From a virus: DNA of 64,000 bases. The notes below the pieces were generated by a model. The model did not search any database. It was given only the letters and a program-made list of their open reading frames with translations, and had not been told where the DNA came from. Shown in pieces: positions 63,535 through 64,000 of this stretch. The translations under genes and the position numbers were made by a program. The stretch is taken from the IMG/VR virus record IMGVR_UViG_3300009512_000010, positions 32,001-96,000 of that record; one strand, written 5' to 3'. Numbering within the stretch: position 1 is the stretch's first letter; each line of letters starts with the position of its first letter.

Positions 63535-63732
63535 ATGCACAAGAAAAACAGTTATTTCTTTGAGTCAAAAGAAGAAGCGCAAAAGTATATGGAAGGGTTT
63601 AATATGCCAAATACTGGACGCCCTGATCGTGACACATATGTAACAGGACCTTTCGATCATGATAGCGGTCACCAAGTTGGAGACCCAAAACGTCAAGTCG
63701 GGTTTGCTGTCGAAGTTGAAATCTATAAGTAA
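63535..63732 (+). CDS. hypothetical early protein (only credible plus-strand gene)
   Basis: ATG follows a leader related to the 814-846 cassette; has its own terminator. Confidence 0.7.
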   Translation: MHKKNSYFFESKEEAQKYMEGFNMPNTGRPDRDTYVTGPFDHDSGHQVGDPKRQVGFAVEVEIYK

Positions 63733-63737
63733 ATTGC

Positions 63738-63781
63738 AAAAAAAAGGCTATCGCCTTAGTTGATACCTAGAAGCGATAGCC
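63738..63781 (-). terminator. intrinsic terminator after gene 23
   Basis: GGCTATCGC...GCGATAGCC stem followed by U8 on the minus strand. Confidence 0.8.
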
Positions 63782-63792
63782 AGTAATGATGT

Positions 63793-63819
63793 GGGTGGGG
63801 TTTGATCCCCACCCTTTTT
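63793..63819 (+). terminator. intrinsic terminator for the plus-strand gene
   Basis: GGGTGGGG-TTTGAT-CCCCACCC-TTTTT. Confidence 0.8.
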
Positions 63820-63826
63820 GTTATGT

Positions 63827-64000
63827 TTATGCAGAAACCATGATGTTGTCTACACGGAAGATTCTGTAGTATTGGTTAGTCTTAGCAGTTGCCAAGCCAT
63901 CACGTCCAGAAGCCGCACCAACGAATGGGTTAGAAACCATGCCGTAGCGTGTTTTGAAACCGATTTTTGGTTGGAAGTTATCTTCACCAACAGCCCGCAT
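63827..64000 (-). CDS. 23: major capsid protein gp23, C-terminal end (partial)
   Basis: RAVGEDNFQPKIGFKTRYGMVSNPF...NQYYRIFRV. Confidence 0.93.
   Translation of the reverse strand: MRAVGEDNFQPKIGFKTRYGMVSNPFVGAASGRDGLATAKTNQYYRIFRVDNIMVSA

Noticed and set aside
808-63535. CtrA boxes (TTAA-N7-TTAA) at promoters
   Set aside because: No convincing full site was seen by eye in the intergenic regions I checked; a matrix scan would be needed

Overview
This 64 kb window is part of a large T4-like myophage genome, with almost all genes on the minus strand. It holds the T4 replication/recombination core (gp41, UvsX, gp43, RegA, gp62/44/45, gp46/47, gp55, UvsW, UvsY, RNase H), gp3, the 3' end of the major capsid gene (gp23) and TATAAATA late promoters. 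Several independent signals point to an alphaproteobacterial, probably marine, host: a circularly permuted two-piece tmRNA (tag ANNNFAPSELRLAA), a ROSE-type thermometer before hsp20, a DUF1127 gene, and YGATTCG (GANTC) motifs in early promoters. The main accessory finds are: (1) a late, translationally coupled operon joining curli export (CsgG, CsgF, two curlin-repeat proteins) to a FecR-domain protein and a CHASE2 adenylate cyclase, a candidate trans-envelope cAMP signalling system; (2) seven early sigma70 promoters carrying a GcrA/CcrM-type GANTC motif in the spacer; (3) a nuclease, N6A-MTase and ABC-ATPase/Mom-like acetyltransferase cluster next to two tRNAs; (4) glycosyltransferase and Kdo/nucleotide-sugar clusters; (5) a class Id-type ribonucleotide reductase; (6) probable internal head proteins with capsid-targeting motifs; (7) a porin downstream of the tmRNA; (8) a candidate replication origin between gp55 and uvsW. 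All assignments come from motif recognition by eye. No database searches were run.
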